Shown in pieces: positions 63,229-64,000 of a stretch of 64,000 nucleotides of DNA (the first letter of the stretch is position 1; every line of letters starts with the position of its first letter). Under the pieces are notes generated by a model. It ran no database searches. It saw only the letters and a program-made list of their open reading frames with translations, and was not told where the DNA came from. Location of the stretch: positions 360,353-424,352 of the forward strand of contig CAVZLN010000008.1 of NCBI GenBank assembly GCA_963776245.1, in the 5' to 3' direction. The position numbers were made by a program, and so were the translations under genes. The DNA is from Candidatus Eiseniibacteriota bacterium (GTDB lineage Bacteria; Eisenbacteria; RBG-16-71-46).

Positions 63229-63345
63229 GAGCGCCGAGCGAGACCGAGCGGGGACCGCGTCGAGCCGGACGACTTCGCAGGGAGTATTTGAGTGGAACTG
63301 CGGCCCGATTCGCCCTCATCTTGCCCTCCTACGTCGACCCGGTGG

Positions 63346-63533
63346 TCACGCTTCTTCCTCTTGCACGTCCACCGACTGCACGATGTCTTCGACGTGGTCG
63401 ACGTTGAAGTCGTCGCGGTGCGTCTCGAGCGCGCTCTCACTAGCGCGCTCCTCGGTCTCGGCCGCGATTCCCCGGATCTCCATCACGTGGGAGGTCTGAT
63501 CGTGGCCCGCCACATCTTCTGCGCTTCACTCAT
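63346..63533 (-). CDS. hypothetical small acidic protein, frame broken once
   Basis: GGGAGGAG lies upstream of the ATG at 63533 (MSEAQKMW...). The reading continues in another frame as ...MEIRGIAAETEERASESALETHRDDFNVDHVEDIVQSVDVQEEEA. The 188-nt span is not a multiple of 3. Confidence 0.3.
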
Positions 63534-63570
63534 CGTCTCCTCCCGTGGTAGGCTCTACCACCTGCAAGAT

Positions 63571-64000
63571 TCAACGGCCGGGAGGGCGCCGACCCGCTGA
63601 CCGCAGGTTCAACCTGCAGGCTCGGCGGTCCGGAACACGCCGCCCGCTGGACTGACGCGTGACCCGCCGTGATGCCTGTGACGGTAGCCGGTCACTCGCC
63701 ACCGCGTAGCACGCCCCTGCCGAGACGTCGCGAGCCAGCGTGAGCGCAGGCCGTGGTAGAGCACGAAGACACCGAGCACCGAGCACGGCGGGTCCGAGAA
63801 TCACGTGCCCTGGGGGCCAGATCCCGGCCTCGTCCAGCTGAGCGCTGACGGGGTTCGGCGTGCTCAAAGCCACTGCCAGTCCCACGAGGACCAGCAACGT
63901 CTTCGGCTGGAAGCGAGCCAGCACGACGAGCGAGTGCCACGACCAGTCCGTGAGGCACCCACGACGGGAAGCAGCGCGAGCCAAAGGAGCGCGCCCAAGA
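63571..64000 (-). CDS. hypothetical membrane protein, partial (start beyond window), frame-disrupted
   Basis: Hydrophobic stretches LGALLWLALLPVVGA and KTLLVLVGLAVALSTP lie in GC3-rich frames. No family was recognised. Confidence 0.25.
   Translation of the reverse strand, partial: LGRAPLARAASRRGCLTDWSWHSLVVLARFQPKTLLVLVGLAVALSTPNPVSAQLDEAGIWPPGHVILGPAVLGARCLRALPRPALTLARDVSAGACYAVASDRLPSQASRRVTRQSSGRRVPDRRACRLNLRSAGRRPPGR

Larger units (their letters stand above)
62053..64000. mobile_element. edge of a putative integrated element (int-xis module, GC about 10 points below the window average), continues past window end
   Basis: The integrase and excisionase genes abut tRNA-Ser. Local GC is about 60-65% against about 72% elsewhere. 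No att repeat was identified. Confidence 0.4.

Overview
This is a very GC-rich (~70%+) bacterial chromosomal window. Almost every gene is on the minus strand, and many are translationally coupled through ATGA/GTGA stop-start overlaps. In coordinate order it contains:

- smc (5' part), selA and a hybrid histidine kinase
- livJHMGF
- a lipoprotein with two Amidase_3 domains, a TonB-C protein and an LpoA/PBP-like lipoprotein
- a ribosomal-protein operon: rpsF-ssb-rpsR-DUF2232-rplI-PpiC-BFN nuclease
- the conserved ispE-spoVG-tRNA-Gln-prs-rplY(ctc)-pth block
- an rfbA-like/rfbD/gmhA/UbiA-transferase block
- alaS, then a hemerythrin and a 12-blade Kelch protein
- recX, an NTF2-like gene and recA
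- two tandem ~800-aa secreted paralogues
- thpR, cinA, a YbaK-like gene, pgpA and mglA/mglB
- a PNAG operon in the order pgaD-C-A-B
- a CNNM transporter, recR-ybaB-dnaX-ffs-tRNA-Ala, TerC and tRNA-Ser(GGA)
- a TPR/TlpA protein and DUF2231
- an NtrC-type sigma-54 activator with its kinase, then ppa and tRNA-Ser(CGA)
- a lower-GC integrase/excisionase module that runs off the right edge

The most striking observation is that 18.1-29.4 kb carries at least 30 frame disruptions in essential genes, with the peak at 22.2-25.5 kb. The ~20 kb to its right and the ~17 kb to its left are clean.

Other points of interest are three secreted repeat proteins that share a C-terminal FlgD-Ig/T9SS-like domain and interrupt the conserved cinA-recA-recX-alaS backbone, an MglA GTPase with a long Pro/Ala tail next to the PNAG operon, and a candidate sigma-54 promoter between the NtrC-like gene and DUF2231. 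No CRISPR array or rRNA was seen. The lineage guess (FCB-related high-GC phylum such as Gemmatimonadota or Ca. Eisenbacteria) is inference only.
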